Part shown: piece by piece, positions 33,599 to 48,549 of the stretch
Numbering within the stretch: position 1 is the stretch's first letter
Layout of the letters: each line of letters begins with the position of its first letter
DNA from: Hyphochytrium catenoides
Lineage: Eukaryota; Protista; Hyphochytriomycota
Length of the DNA stretch: 64,000 nt
Direction of reading: 5' to 3'
Assembly (NCBI GenBank): GCA_900088475.1
Contig: FLMG01000120.1
Span: 11,456-75,455 of the forward strand
Translations under genes and position numbers: made by a program
The notes under the pieces: model-generated
Database searches by the model: none
What the model was told of the DNA's origin: nothing
What the model saw: only the letters and a program-made list of their open reading frames with translations

Positions 33599-35261
33599 AT
33601 GAATCGGCAAGGTGAGGAGAGCTGCTCAGCCTCTTGTTAACCGTGTTATTGGGTGGCGTTGGTGTCTTACTGCCCCCTCTTCTGTGGCTACAGATGACGA
33701 GTTTGACAGCCTCATCTTTGGCAAGGCTGAGAATGGAAAGCCGAACAGTGGCAATGGGAAGGTCGAGTCTCCCTCCGGCTCCCCTCCTCCAAATGGAACG
33801 CGATCCTAGTAAGTTTTACTCATGGTCATTGCTTGAGCGCATTGTCGTGACGGACATCCTCCCTCTCTAGTGATGTGCCTGAGGATCGGTTCGTGGATGC
33901 CATCGGCCCTGTGACTCCTGCTGGTCCTGGCAAGCCGTCCACTCCGCGACGTGAGACAGAGAGCATGCTCTCTAACTCTACCTTATCAGACTCCAAGGTA
34001 AATGCAGAACTTACTTGCTCGCCTAAAATCTGTCTAATGACTAGCCACTTGCTTGGTTTATCTCCAGCAGAGCGAAGTGCTTGATCCAGAGGAGAAGCCA
34101 AAAAGCTCTATCGCCAATGTTCTTCCCGTAGACAAGCTAAAGAATGGCGCAGCCAGCGCGGCAATGTGAGTTGCCCTGCTTCTGGGTCTCTCGGAGTGAA
34201 CTTTCCTTCTCCCTATCTTGTGTGGCTTGCTCAGCCGCAAGTGGACAGAGCACACTGCCTCTCTTATCCTCCGTACCGCTTTAATCCGCGATGATCCATT
34301 GTCCATTCTCTTTGCATGAACCTCCATCGCTCTCTGCGCGTCCCTGTCTGATGGTGGCCTTCGTCAACTTCCCTGCAGTGTCATGCGGATGGGCTTTCTC
34401 AAAGCGCAATCTGCTTCTGTGACGGCGTGGTCGAAGGTAAAGGAGACTGAGGCCTTCAAGGTTACCAGCCAGACGGCGAGCCAGACAGCCACCAAAGTAA
34501 AGAGCACTGACGCCTTCAAGATGGTGCGCGAAACACTTAGGATCCCTTCCTTTCTCTTGCCTAGGCGCCCAAAGCTCTCAGTGTTACTGTCGCTTGGACT
34601 GCCACTGGGCTCTTATATCTATTCCGCATCCTTGTGGTTTGCTCTCTGTTCTATCTGCCGTCTTTCACTGCGGTTGCCGCGCGAGTACATTTGACTTCTT
34701 CTTGCTTCCTCGGACCTTTCTTTGACACTCTTCGTTGCCAGGCAAGTCAAACCACTGCAGTGGCTCTCGAGAAAACAAAGCAAAATGCGGTTTTCGCTGG
34801 GGAGAAGGCCCGACAGGGCGCCGCTGCGGCTCAAGAGAAGCTCGCACCCATCGCCGCCATGGTCAGCCAATGTTTGGATCAATCTAAAGATGGTCTTGAG
34901 GCCTGTAATTCGCTCATTTCTTATTCTCTAACCTTTCCTGCGGTTGTATATTTATGTGTCTTCCAGGCGACGCGAAACGCTGCTGTTGGACTAGAAATGG
35001 CCAAGGTGAGCTGCCTCTTGAGTCATAGAAAGGAGAAACAAGGAAAGACGGGGCGAAGGGAAACTGGCAGATACGGAGGAGATAAGAGCAGCCCGACAGT
35101 CAAAAGCTGAAGGCCGTTTCCCTCTTCCTAACACCCTATTTCAGGCCTCTGCTGCTGCAGGAGTGCAGACCGCGAAGAAGAAAGTCGCTGAAGTCCAGAA
35201 AAGAAGATCGTCCAGTAACCCTCCGGCCCCCACCAGCAGCTCCGGCAGCGATCCTTTATAA
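33599..35261 (+). CDS. Small multi-exon protein with amphipathic Ala/Lys/Thr helices (TPD52/LEA-like)
   Basis: Consistent GT-AG exon chain: MNRQ|DDEFDSLIFG...|DVPEDRFVDA...|SEVLDPEEK...|MRMGFLKAQSASVTAWSKVKETEAFKVTSQTASQTATKVKSTDAFKM|ASQTTAVALEKTKQ...|ATRNAAVGLEMAK|ASAAAGVQTAKKK...SDPL*. Family assignment is tentative. Confidence 0.65.
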
Positions 35262-35539
35262 AGCATCTTCACTACTCCTCTCCTCCTCCTCCCCTATCTT
35301 TCTCCTTCTTCTTGAGCCATTGTCGCTTTTGAAAGGTCTCTCCCAACTTTTAGCAACCCTAGCAGCAGTCACATAGCAATCCTCCCCACAAGTTTAGCGC
35401 ATCTGAGAAGGTCCTCCGGGACTGGTGTGCGTCTACTTTATTTAAGAACTTTATAATGTCTTTCCACATTTTCTCTTCCCGTCCCGGACCGGCACTTCTT
35501 CCGCGTCATAGACCGCCTTTCTGTTAGCTCCCTGGCCTC

Positions 35540-38140
35540 TCAAGCCTCGTCTAAACATGCAACTCCTGGCAGCTCCTTGCCTTCTAACATCTCTAGACTG
35601 GCACCTCCACCCGTAGATATGTGTGTGATGTCCTTCGCAACGCCTGCATCCTCCACTGCGGCTATCGAGTCTCCGCCACCGATGACTGTGATTGCTCCCT
35701 AAGAGCCACGAGAGGGCAAACAAATGGGCATGAGCACGTAAGAGGCAGAGCCGCATCATCAGGACAATAAGAAAGAACTAGAAAAGCCTTTTATGGGAAA
35801 GATGCAATGGCCCAGGTCCAAGCCACTTCATTGTTATGGTCCTGTGCAGGTGGAGAGAAGGAAGGAGTAGGTGATAACCGAGGAGAAGCGACTTACGCGC
35901 TTAGTGAGCTCGCCCAATAAAGCGGCGATGTGGTTGGTGCCCGCAGCGAACTTCTCAAACTCAAAAACTCCCATAGGGCCATTCCAAATGATTGTCTTGC
36001 ACTCTGAGAGCTCACGCTGCAAGTACGTGCAAGGGAAAAGACGCAAAAGTTAGACAAAAAGTGAGACCGGTGATGTTAGGAAGTACCAATGAAGATTGGG
36101 TGAAGAGTGACCGGACAAGAAGAGAACGCGCGGGCTACTTCTTGTTAACCTTAAATTGCCGGACTGTCTCGGGCCCGACGTCCATTCCCGTCCAATTCTC
36201 CGGGATCTCAGAGCCAGGGACAACCTTATGAGAGGCCTCGGGAGTGTAGGACTCAGCCACGACAATGTCAGTTGGGAGGAGAATTTTTACTCCTTTCTCT
36301 TCAGCCTGGAGACAGTCAACACGTTAAGAAAGGTCCTCAGAGTGCAGCTCTCCTAAAGACTTTGTCGAGAGAGGCATGCCCGCTTCTCCGATAAGGTTAC
36401 GAGAGGGCAATGGTGACGATAGCGTGAAGCACTGACATAGAGATAATACCACGGAAGTCACATATTTCTTGAGCGCACAGAGAGGAAGGAGAGACCAAGA
36501 GCGCACTTACGGTCTTCAAAAGCTCTGCAGCCTGCTCGATCAGCTTCTCATCTACAAGGGACTTCCCTGTGTTATAACCCTAGGTGCCGGGGGATAAGCA
36601 CGATTGGATAAGTTCTCTCTTGAGAGTTTCGGTGTCCATGAGACGCCTCACCTGTGCTCTATAAAGAGTAAAGACCATGCCGCCTCCAATCAGCACTTTG
36701 TCCACCTTGTTTATTAGGTTTTGCAATAACGGGAGCTTGCTTGACACCTGGAATGGCAGAAGAGTGTGTTGCATAATCAGCGATCCCGCAACATTATCAA
36801 TCCAGAAGCGAGGCAGGGCATGCAAGAGTGAGGGGAGAAGAGAGAGAAGGAGAGAGGAGACGGAGAGAAGAGAGAAAGAGAGGGAAAGAGAGAGTAAGAG
36901 CGGAAGGGTGAAAGAGATCTAGACAACCAACCAGTGACAAATCTGAGCGGATGATGTGTACTCACTTTCCCGCCTCCAATGATGGCAGCTAGTGGCCTCT
37001 TAGGGTTATCTATCACACCGCTAAGGTATTTCAGCTCCTTCTCCATGAGAAAGCCCGCTACCTTGTGCTTCACATGCTTAGTCACGCCCTCAGTAGACGC
37101 GTGGGCCCTAAGAGAGCGGGAAGATCAAAAGGGGAACGATGAGATTTAGGTGTCAGATCATCAAAAGAGGCGATCTCGCCTTAGCTTACGCACCTGTGGG
37201 CAGTGCCAAAGGCATCGTTGACATAGATATTCGCAAGAGAGGCCAACTGAGCTGCAAAATCTGGGTCATTCTCTTCCTCTCCAGGATGGAAGCGTACATT
37301 CTCGAGTAGCACTACGTCGCCATCAGTCATGCTCTCAATCTCCTTCTCAACCTACAGAGCAATCTGATAAGAACAGGACTAAAGAGACAACGCAGAGGAA
37401 GGAGAGAAGCGAAGGAGAGAAAGCAGGAGAATATCTTCTATCGCCATGACGAGCGACACGAGAAATAGCTTTCCAGAAGGTAGAAGGGCTAGGAGAGAAA
37501 GAAGGAGGACTAGCCTACATCAGGGCCTACGCAGCCCTTGACTTTCTTAACAGGACGGTCCAGAAGTTCAGAGAGACGGGTAGCCACTGGATCCAGGCGC
37601 AGAGTTTCAACCACTTTCCCGTCAGGTCGTCCCAGATGGCTACAGAGAATAACCTTGAATGGTGGAAGACGTTAGAATGGCAGGGGAGAGAGGCTCTCAG
37701 AGCCAAAGTCAGGCTACCTTCGCTCCCTGGTCCATGAGAAGCTGGATTGTTGGCAGAGAGCTCCGAATGCGTGTGTCGTCTGTGATTTTCTGCATGTTTT
37801 CTTTCTTACTGATAGGAACATTTAGGTCTGCCCTGACAAGCACTCTCTGACCCTAGAAGCACATGCAACGTGAGCCACTTGGGAGGGCAGAGGCAGCCGT
37901 AAGAGGCCAGGCGGGATAAAGCTGCCTCACGTACCTTCAGATCCACTGCCTTAGCCAGGTCTTCCACTGTCTGCTTTCTTGCCATAAGGCTGGAGGAGTG
38001 GAAGTATCTTGGCGCCTCATGGTTCCAGAGCTGCATCGTACCGTCAGCCCTAGCATTGCTCTTCTCAAGAGAGAGACTAGAAAGATTCTTACCAGGCTCA
38101 AGGCTCGCCGGCCACCTAGAAACTGTCTTCTGCCTAACAT
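35540..38140 (-). CDS. PGK: Phosphoglycerate kinase with mitochondrial presequence, multi-exon
   Basis: [131 protein letters not shown]. Exon 1 (38093-38140) plus intron 38031-38092 gives [35 protein letters not shown]. Confidence 0.95.
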
Positions 38141-38509
38141 TGTTCGAGCTGCTGAAGGGAAAAGGACGAAGAGACAACGGACACGGCTCTGGCCGGAAGT
38201 GCGAACGAGAGAGACACAGGGGCACTACGCCTTATGACAGATCTTTCTGCCACTAGGCATGCGACAGTACCAGCCCTTGTCTCTCGCTGTGGCCGTTCTC
38301 TCCCTTACCGAACTGTGTCGTCCAACACGTCAAGCCGCGCAGTTAGGGCTTATAGCAGGGGATCAGAGGACCCACACAAGTGCAAGAACATACGATTCTT
38401 CTGCGGTCGCTCTTTGCAGCGTGCTAGGCAGGGGAAGAACCGGAAGAGCTCGTTGAGGATGGAGACGAGAAGCGGCAAAGGAAGTGTGAGACAGGAAAAA
38501 GGATGAGCG

Positions 38510-38738
38510 AGCGGGAGAGGGAGAGAGAGAGAGAGAGGTGTGGCGAGGAGAGAGACAGAGAGAGGGAAAGAGAGAAAGAGAGAGACAGCGAGAGAAGGAG
38601 AGAAAGAGAGGGAGAAGAGAGAGACAGAGAGAGAGAGGGATAGAGAAAGAGTGAGAAAGAGAGAGAGACCGAGGAGAGAGAGAGCGTGACGAAGAGAGAG
38701 AGAGAGAGAGAANNNNNNNNNNNNNNNNNNNNNNNNNN

Positions 38739-38769
<31 letters not shown>
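38510..38769. repeat. GA-rich microsatellite tract (contains N gap 38713-38738) in the PGK/CUEDC2 divergent intergenic region
   Basis: Nearly pure purine tract with (GA)n runs. Confidence 0.9.
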
Positions 38770-38772
<3 letters not shown>

Positions 38773-39319
38773 CTGGACCATAGCGCACGTCAAAGAAAGT
38801 GGCTGGAAAGAAAAGATGAGAAAGAAATCCAAGAGCAGGGCGAGGGAGAGGTGGGGGAGAGGAGAGAGAGAAGACAGACAGGAGCCCTCACTCCTGGGGG
38901 AGATCCATAAGAAGATCTCTTCCACCCAAGAAACCCGCTCCTGGAGAAGATCTGAATCTCCTATCAATCATTTTTCCTGTCTTAGGAATACAAGGCATTC
39001 TCATTCTGAATCTCACCCATATTCGGTCTGAAGAAGGAGAAAGGGAAAAGACACAGGAACCGAAGAACGCGGGAAACTCAAAAAGAGGCCGGAAGAAAGT
39101 GCGTCACATCCCAGGCGCCTCATGACAGTGTTGAGAGCTCGAAGCCTCGATGGCAAGCTTCAAGCCCATCTGTCCGACAGAGGAGGACAGCGCCGAAGAA
39201 GAACGCCATTCCATAGAGCTACCTGTCTATACTCTTCCCCGGGCATGGGACAGCAGTATCAAGCTGTTGGCCCTGAAAGGAAAGAACCTAGTATATCGCC
39301 ACAATAAAGGTTGAGCGAA

Positions 39320-40390
39320 ATGGCTCCTAGCCAAGACGACGTAGCCAGTAGAGTTCGCCAATGTCTCTTCGACATTGACCACAATCTGCCTCTTGATGAT
39401 GCCATCGTAGACTATCTGGCAGGTACCGGCATTCAATAGAGGTCAGCCTTCGTCCTGTAATCCCTAACTGCCTCTGTCAGGCATTATTTCGACAGATGAT
39501 GCGCCTCTCGCGGCAGATATTGCTCAGGTGACGATTGGTTTCCTGCCAGAGCTAGAAGATCGATTTGAGCAGCTCGAGAGCAGTTTGGCAGCCGTCATTG
39601 ACGCTATAGCGCAAGTCAAAAAAGCGAGAGAGGCGGAAGGTGTGATCCTTAATTCTACAATACTCACACGTCGTTGATGCTCATCTCGGCATTCCTGGTC
39701 TCTACAGAGGAACGAAAGAGACGAGCGGAGGCCAAGAAAAGGCTGAGAGATTCCTTGAATAAGTAAGTATGCGTTGTGGCTTACGCCTTGGAATGACACG
39801 TGGGCTAACTAAGAGGGCCACCCTCCCTTACTTAACCAGAGAGAATGTGGATGTCACTCCCGACCTCCGATGCCTGCAGGAGCTATCACCTCAAACTCCA
39901 TTGGCCGTGTTAGCTTTCCTCTTCCGAGAGAAATTCAATGGCGATAAGGAGCGAGTAGCGCTCTTTTTAGTAGAGGAAGGGGACAAAGAGGCACGACAGC
40001 TCTATGAAGATTATCAGGTACATCATATATTAGTCCAGAAGAGCCCCACGTTTGCGACTAACGAGACCTTACGGCTGGTGATATAACTAGGAGGAGAAAA
40101 AGAGACAAGAGGAGAAAGAAAGAAGAGAATGGGAGGAGAAGCAGGAAGCGCTTGCCCCTATGAAGAACAAAATAGTAGGGCGTTATGCCGATCAAGTGGA
40201 CGAGCAACGGGTTCATCGCCCTGTAGTCTCATGGCAGACAGCTCCCAAACGTCAGGAGCGTTATCATAACAACAGAGTCGTTTCGACAACGGGCCAAAAG
40301 GTCATCATTGAGAATCTCAAAGAAGAGTGGGACGGTGGCTCGCGAGGCAGGGTGAAGACAAAGGGCAAACGCGGCAAAGGATGGATCTAA
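39320..40390 (+). CDS. CUEDC2-like CUE-domain protein, multi-exon
   Basis: LDDAIVDYLAGII N-terminus; CUE-like LRCLQELSPQTPLAVLAFLFREKFNGDKERVALFL; C-terminal MKNKIVGRY...VHRPV...APKRQERYHNNRVVSTTGQKVI resembles the CUEDC2 C-terminal motif (K.HRP..PK..IRY.DNQVVSTKGE). Confidence 0.7.
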
Positions 40391-40602
40391 AAGCGTTTGC
40401 ACGGCGCACAGAGAACTAAGGGACGGGATGGATGAAGAGAAGGATTCCTCGCTTGAAACTAAAAGGTAGAGCAGGTCTTCTATATAAATAGACTGTCACA
40501 GGCTAAGAGAGTAGCAACAGAGAGTGTACCATAATCACCTTCTTATAATTAGACACATGGCCCTAAACGGTAGGCGCCTATCACCTTGTAGAAAGAGATG
40601 CT

Positions 40603-42730
<2,128 letters not shown>

Positions 42731-44000
42731 TTAGATCCTCTGTCGCTTCTCCTGTCTTTGAAAGTCTTTGGCGCACTGAGGCGATTCCCGATGGCAAGCA
42801 ACGAAAGATGATTGGCAGGCGAGCAGCACCCGAGGTATTTCCTTGAGGCGAAAGAGGTTGGGAAGGAGAGGCAGCGCCGTGGTGATCACTGGGCCGCCAC
42901 TGGGTCGATCTCCTTTGTCTCCTCTCCTTGCGTTACCATGGTACCTTGTAAGACCTACATGCTATCTCTCTCTTTCTCTTTCTCTCTCTCTCTCTCTCTT
43001 TTCTACTTCTTTCTTGTTTTAGTTGTCTCTGCTTTCTCCCTTTCTCTACCTCTGTCTCTCTCTCTCTCTCTCTNNNNNNNNNNNNNNNNNNNNNNNNNNN
43101 NNNNNNNNNNNNNNCTCTCGCTCTCTCTCTCTCTCTCTCTCTCTGTCTCGCTCTCTCTCTCTCTGTGGCGATCTTCGCTTCTGTTCGCCACAGATCCCAC
43201 AAGAGAAGAAGATCGAGGGCACCTGGCAGTAGTAATGCCACATATGATACAAATAAATGACTGCAATAGCATATTATTGATGTGGCACGATGATGCATTG
43301 GTCCTCCTCCTGCCCAATTAAAATCCAGGGGTGAAAGGTAACAGAGATATCCCTGATAGCACAGCGCAGTATAGGTATTCTAAGGAATAAATTGACTCTT
43401 TATCAATAACCATCGTTACGACATCGCGGGGCGGGTGGGCGATGTTGTAGTTGAGACGGGTGGGTTGTGCCTCAAGCTGTTGATGCGAAGCTCGGCGGCG
43501 GCGAAGTTTCCTGACAAAAGATCGGAGCTGCTGCGCCTCCTCCTCCGGCCTGAGAGTCAGGCGCCTCCGTCCGTCCTCTTCCTCTTCATCCTCTTCCTCC
43601 TGCTGCTGCTGATGCTGATGATGATGATGATGATGAAGCGCAACAGCCGCGGCGTCGAAGGAGGGCGGAGCTCGGGAAAGGAGTGGAGGAAGAGGTGGTG
43701 CAGGCAGAGGACAGGATTGGCGGGAACGGATCGGGCAAAGGTCATATCCTCCTATGGCTAGACCTGGAGGAAGGATTACCTCGTGGAATGGAAGCCAGCG
43801 GGTAAGAAAGGCTCCACCATCAAGCAGCGAGGGGCAGTCCTGCACCACCAGCAGGTCCTGGCAAGCTCACAAGTCTTGACGGAGCAAGGCAATGCCAAGT
43901 GTCAAGGCCTTTCCTTTGCAAGTAGGCCCGTCATGTGTGCTAGCCTCTCCTGTTACCTTCCTATGCACCTGGCAAACGCTGGTGGCGTGCTTCTATATCT

Positions 44001-47000
44001 CTATGTCGCCCACTGTGTCTCCCCAGTGATAGCGTTGTACCAATACTTCCGCGAAGTCTGCTGATCTACGTACTCAATCCAGTCCCCACTTGCGGCTCCT
44101 TGGGAGATTAAGCTAGAAGCGCTAGCTACGGAAGGCAGCAACGGGCTTTGAGGCTGGAGCCCTAGACCAGGAAGCTGCACACCACCCGGACCTGCTGGCA
44201 TTCTGATTGCTCCAGCCATGGCAGGCGGGTAGTAAGACACTTCCCTGGTGGTTGGCTGGTACCAGTAAGGCATCCCGTTCGCATCAACTGTCTGGACCCA
44301 GCCGCCCAGAGCGGTAGACTGTGCGCTACCAGGGACCATGAGAAGTCCCGCAGGCGGATGCTGCATCAGCATCGAGGGCGCTTGCAGCATCACTGGAGGC
44401 AGGCCGCCAAGTCCTCCAACACCTCCACGCATGGCGACATGATTATCAGAATCGTAATCGGTCACCTCTCCTGCAGACAAACAGAGATTTTGAGTGACAG
44501 ACAGATGATGGCGCTGGAGAGACAGAGTACCGTGGCGACAAGGAAGAGCTACTCTCTGCATGGGAGAGAGGCCAGTAACTAGAGAAAGCATAGAACGGCC
44601 AGAGAGAGAGACTGTGTGACGGAGTCAAATGGAAACCTCTTTGGCATTCGGCCTTACCAGCAGTGTTATAGCCGTCCGAGGCATAGTGCTGGCCGGGCCG
44701 GGTCCAGCTGGCCTCCTGTGTCCTGGTGTTAAAGTAGTAGAAAGCCTGGGCAGCGTCATCCCAGTATTCAATCCACTCTTCTCCTTCTGCGTGCATTCAT
44801 TGCGGAGAGACGAATGTGGAGAGACGGATCGGAGAGAAAGCGGAGCAGGATGAAAGGCAAAGCAGAAGGGGAGCGAGGAGAGAGTTAGTTAGCAAGATTT
44901 CGCGAAAGAGGAGAACAGAGAGAAGGGAAAAGGAGAGAGAAAAAGAGAGAGAGAGAAGGAGAGAGAGAGGATGAGAGGGAAAGAGCGAGAGAGGATGAGA
45001 GGGAAAGAGAGAGAGAGAGAGAGAAAAGGGAAAGCGACACGATCAGGTTCCCACCAGAAGTGGGTCTTCCGGTGACTGTCCCGCCACTTGGCTTTGGAGG
45101 CCCCAACCCCTGCTCCCTCCGCTTAGCCAGGATCACTGCAGGTCCGCTGGTGCTTCTCGTGATATAACCGCGCGCGGCAGCCTACAGAGACAGCAGGAAC
45201 AGGAGTTGTCAGGTCCCGGTAAGATGCCCATGAATAGAAAGGAGAGAAGAGAAGAGAGAGAAAGTTTTGACAGCTGTAGTACTTAGAACAAATAACAGCT
45301 AATCACGTTGTGCAGCGACGAGTTAATCAGTCTTTGTGCATTCGGACCAAGAGAGGAGAGAAAGAGGATAACTCGTGCACAGATGGACGGGCGGGAGTGA
45401 TGAAGAATGTTGAAGAGAAGAAAGAGACGGGAAAAGTTAAGCGAAAGACTTGGGGGAAGAAGAAGGAGAGAAAAGGAGAAAGAAGAGCTCTTTTGAGGCA
45501 CCTGGATTCTAATCGCCGCCTGTTGGATTGCCTCCTTCTCCTTCTTATCCTTTCGGCGCCTTAATTCCTTCGTGGCGAGATGCTTTCGGACTCCAGCTTG
45601 TATCCTGGTGGCCGCTGCCGACTTCTTTCTATGCTCTTTCCTCTTTTCTCTCTCTCTCTCTTGAGCTTGCGACAGTACGAATAGCTCCTGTTGGTGCCGC
45701 CTCTCTGCCATCAGGACTTCTGCTTTCCGCTGTGCCTGCCTCATTTTAACTCGTGTCTGAATCTTCACGGCTGCCTTGTGTTTCTCCTGTTGCTGACGAT
45801 GAACTCTCTCCCTCTCTTTCTCTCTTTCCAAGTGGGCGCGCTCCTCTTCCGCCCTCTTGGCTGCCCGCCGTGCTACACACATCCGCAGGAAATGCCGAAT
45901 CTTGGTGGCGGCCCAAATCTTTCGCTTCTGAGCCAAACGCCGCCTCTCTTCTAGAGCGAAAGCTTTCTTCTTTCGTTGTTCTTCTCGTTCTCTTTGCATT
46001 CTCTCCTTTAACTCTTTCTCTCGGCTTCTCTCCGCTTCTTCCTGCTGTCTCATCTCCGCTTCTTCTCTCTGATTTCTCTCAATCTCAGCCTGCATCTGCT
46101 TCTTTCTCTCATCTTGAGCCCTTCTTCGGAGTTCTGCCTCTTCGTCCTGTGCTTTCTTCAGCCGTGCCGCCTCTCGCTCGACTTCGAGTTCCTTCTTACG
46201 CCCGGCCGCTTTCTCCTCTTCTTCTGCCTTCCTCGCTGCTGCATGCTCAGCGCCTTCTTCACTCAGGTCAGCGCTCTCATCGTCCGTCTCCCTCGGAGTG
46301 GATGGTACATCCACGAGCCTTCGAGAAATCTTCTTCTCTTTTCCTCGTTTGAGACCTCGACCGTGGGAGGTATCACTCTCTCCATCCAGTTTCCCTCTTT
46401 CCTCATGCTCTGGCTCGTCTTTCACTCTTCCAGAGTGTTTAGACCGTTTAGAGTCAGAGACAGAGGCACCTGACGTCTTGGAAGGTACCATTTTCCCTTT
46501 CTCTTCAAATTCAGGCTCGTCTTTCACTCTTCCAGAGTGCTTAGACCGCTTAGAGTCAGACCCAGAAGCACCTGACGTCTTGGAAGGTCCCATTTTCCCT
46601 TTCTCTTCAAAGTCAGGCTCGTCTCTCACTCTTCCAGAGTGTTTAGACCGCTTGGAGTCAGAAGCAGAGGCACTTGACGACTTAAAAGACCCTGTCTTTC
46701 CCTTCTCTTCAAAGTCAGGTTCTTCTTTTACTCTTCCAGAGTGCTTAGACCGTTTAGAGTCAGAGCTAGAAGCTGCAGAGACCTTGTGAGACGAAGAGAT
46801 AGAGCCCTGCGGCCTACCTTTGCCTTTCTCTCCTCCCAGCGTACCCAGCGCTGGCTCTTCCGCCTTGCCTGCTTGGTCAATCTTCTTGACTGGAGCCTGA
46901 AGAGTATCATGGGACATCTTTTTCTTCAGTCCACCCAGGGAGCTTGGATGAGGAGGAAGTTTGTCATGAGACATCTTCTTCTTCAGTCCTGGCGTGGCAG

Positions 47001-48518
47001 CGCTAACAGTTGATGGAGAGACAGCGGCTGGACGCGAATGGGTTATGGAAGAATTCATAGCAGGAAGAGGTTGGTCAACGCTTGTCTGGGTTCTTGGGGA
47101 GACAGGTGGAGAGTGAGAGGGAGAAGAGAGTGGAGAGACAATGGCTGTCGGGCTCTTGGGCACGTGGGCGGCAGGCAACGGAGGAGAAGAGGGAGAGGGG
47201 AGAAGAGCGGCACGACGTTGGAGCTCTTCCTCCAGCTTGGCAGTCATTTCTGCCTCCAGCTTCTGTCTTAGCTTCTCTTCTGCTTCTTTCCATATCTTCT
47301 CCTCCATTTCCTTGAGGCGCCGCCTTTCCTGCTCCTCTCTCTCTTTCTCTTCTCTCTCTTGTCTTTTCTTCCTCTCTTCTGCCTCCACCTGTAAATGGCG
47401 GAGTTTTTCTTGTTCTTCCTTGGCTTTCTTCTCCTCTTCTTCCTTTTGCCTCATTTCCTCTTCCTTTCTTTTCGTTTCCTCTTCCTCTTTTCTTCTCTGC
47501 TCTTCTTTCCTCGTCGTCTGCTCCAGCTCTCTCCTCCTCTCCTCTTCTATTCTCTCCGCCTCTTCTCTTCGCGTTCTCTCTTCCTTCAGCCTCCGCTCCT
47601 TCTCCTTTTGCTCCTCCTCTCTCCTTTGCTCCTCCTCCTGCCTCTTTCTACTTTCTTCTTCTCTTCGTCTCATTTCTTCTCTCTCTTTTCTCATAATTTT
47701 ACACTTCCTCCGCCCCAGAAACCCTCTCCCTACTCTCTGAATGTCTTGTGCAGCGAAGCGCTGGAGCAGCCGCAGCTCCTGAGCCTTCAGCGCTCTTAGC
47801 CGCTGCTTACACTCTTGCTCCAGCTGTTGGATTCTCTCTCGACAGAGCGCGCGCGCGACGAAGGTTTGGATCTTGGTAGCGGCGCACTGCTGCTGATGGA
47901 TCGCAAGCACCCGCTCTTTGCCTTTCCGCCCTCTCTCCTGGTCTGAAGAAGGCGGAGAGGTTTTTCCTAGAAAAGCAGATGCATCAGGGAGATCATGGCC
48001 AAGAACTAGAGAGCAGAGTAGGGAAAGGCCAGGGATAGCGGAACCAGAGTTAAGGAGTTAGCAGGGAGAGAGGACTGTTTGCCGCTGGGCCATACCTGCA
48101 CCTGAGCCTCCCACTGCTGTTTGCTCGTGCTGTTCCCTGAAAGACTGAAGTTGCCGTTGGAGGATGCTGTTGAAGTGAGAGAGAGAGCTCTGGGCCTTTG
48201 CCTCTCTTCCTGCTAGAACGAATCTCTCCGCGCCCTCCCGGACCAGGCTCTCAACCTGTACTTTCCGTGCCAAGGCTCTGAGACGACAGATTTCCACTTT
48301 GAAGTCCTTGCGGGTAAGAGTGGAAGAGGAAAGAGGACGAAGATGAGGAGAGACGGAGCTCGTTGGAGGGAGAGCCCCTAATTTCTTCTCCAGCGTCTGC
48401 ATGGCAATCAGAACAGTGGGCGAAACCCCAGTCTCCTCGGTTGACACTGGGGTTAAGGAAGAGTCAGACCAGTGGTTCTCCCGCTTCTTTGCCCCGTTAT
48501 TTCAACTATCCTTGACAA

Positions 48519-48549
<31 letters not shown>

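Noticed and set aside
33090-33599. ORFs with SLLTAHC repeats
   Set aside because: Translation artefact of the GAGCAGT array. It is not CRISPR either, since there are no spacers.
43318-43848. 176-aa minus-strand ORF with polyH/Q/E
   Set aside because: Non-ATG start, no domain, openness partly explained by trinucleotide repeats. Left unannotated.
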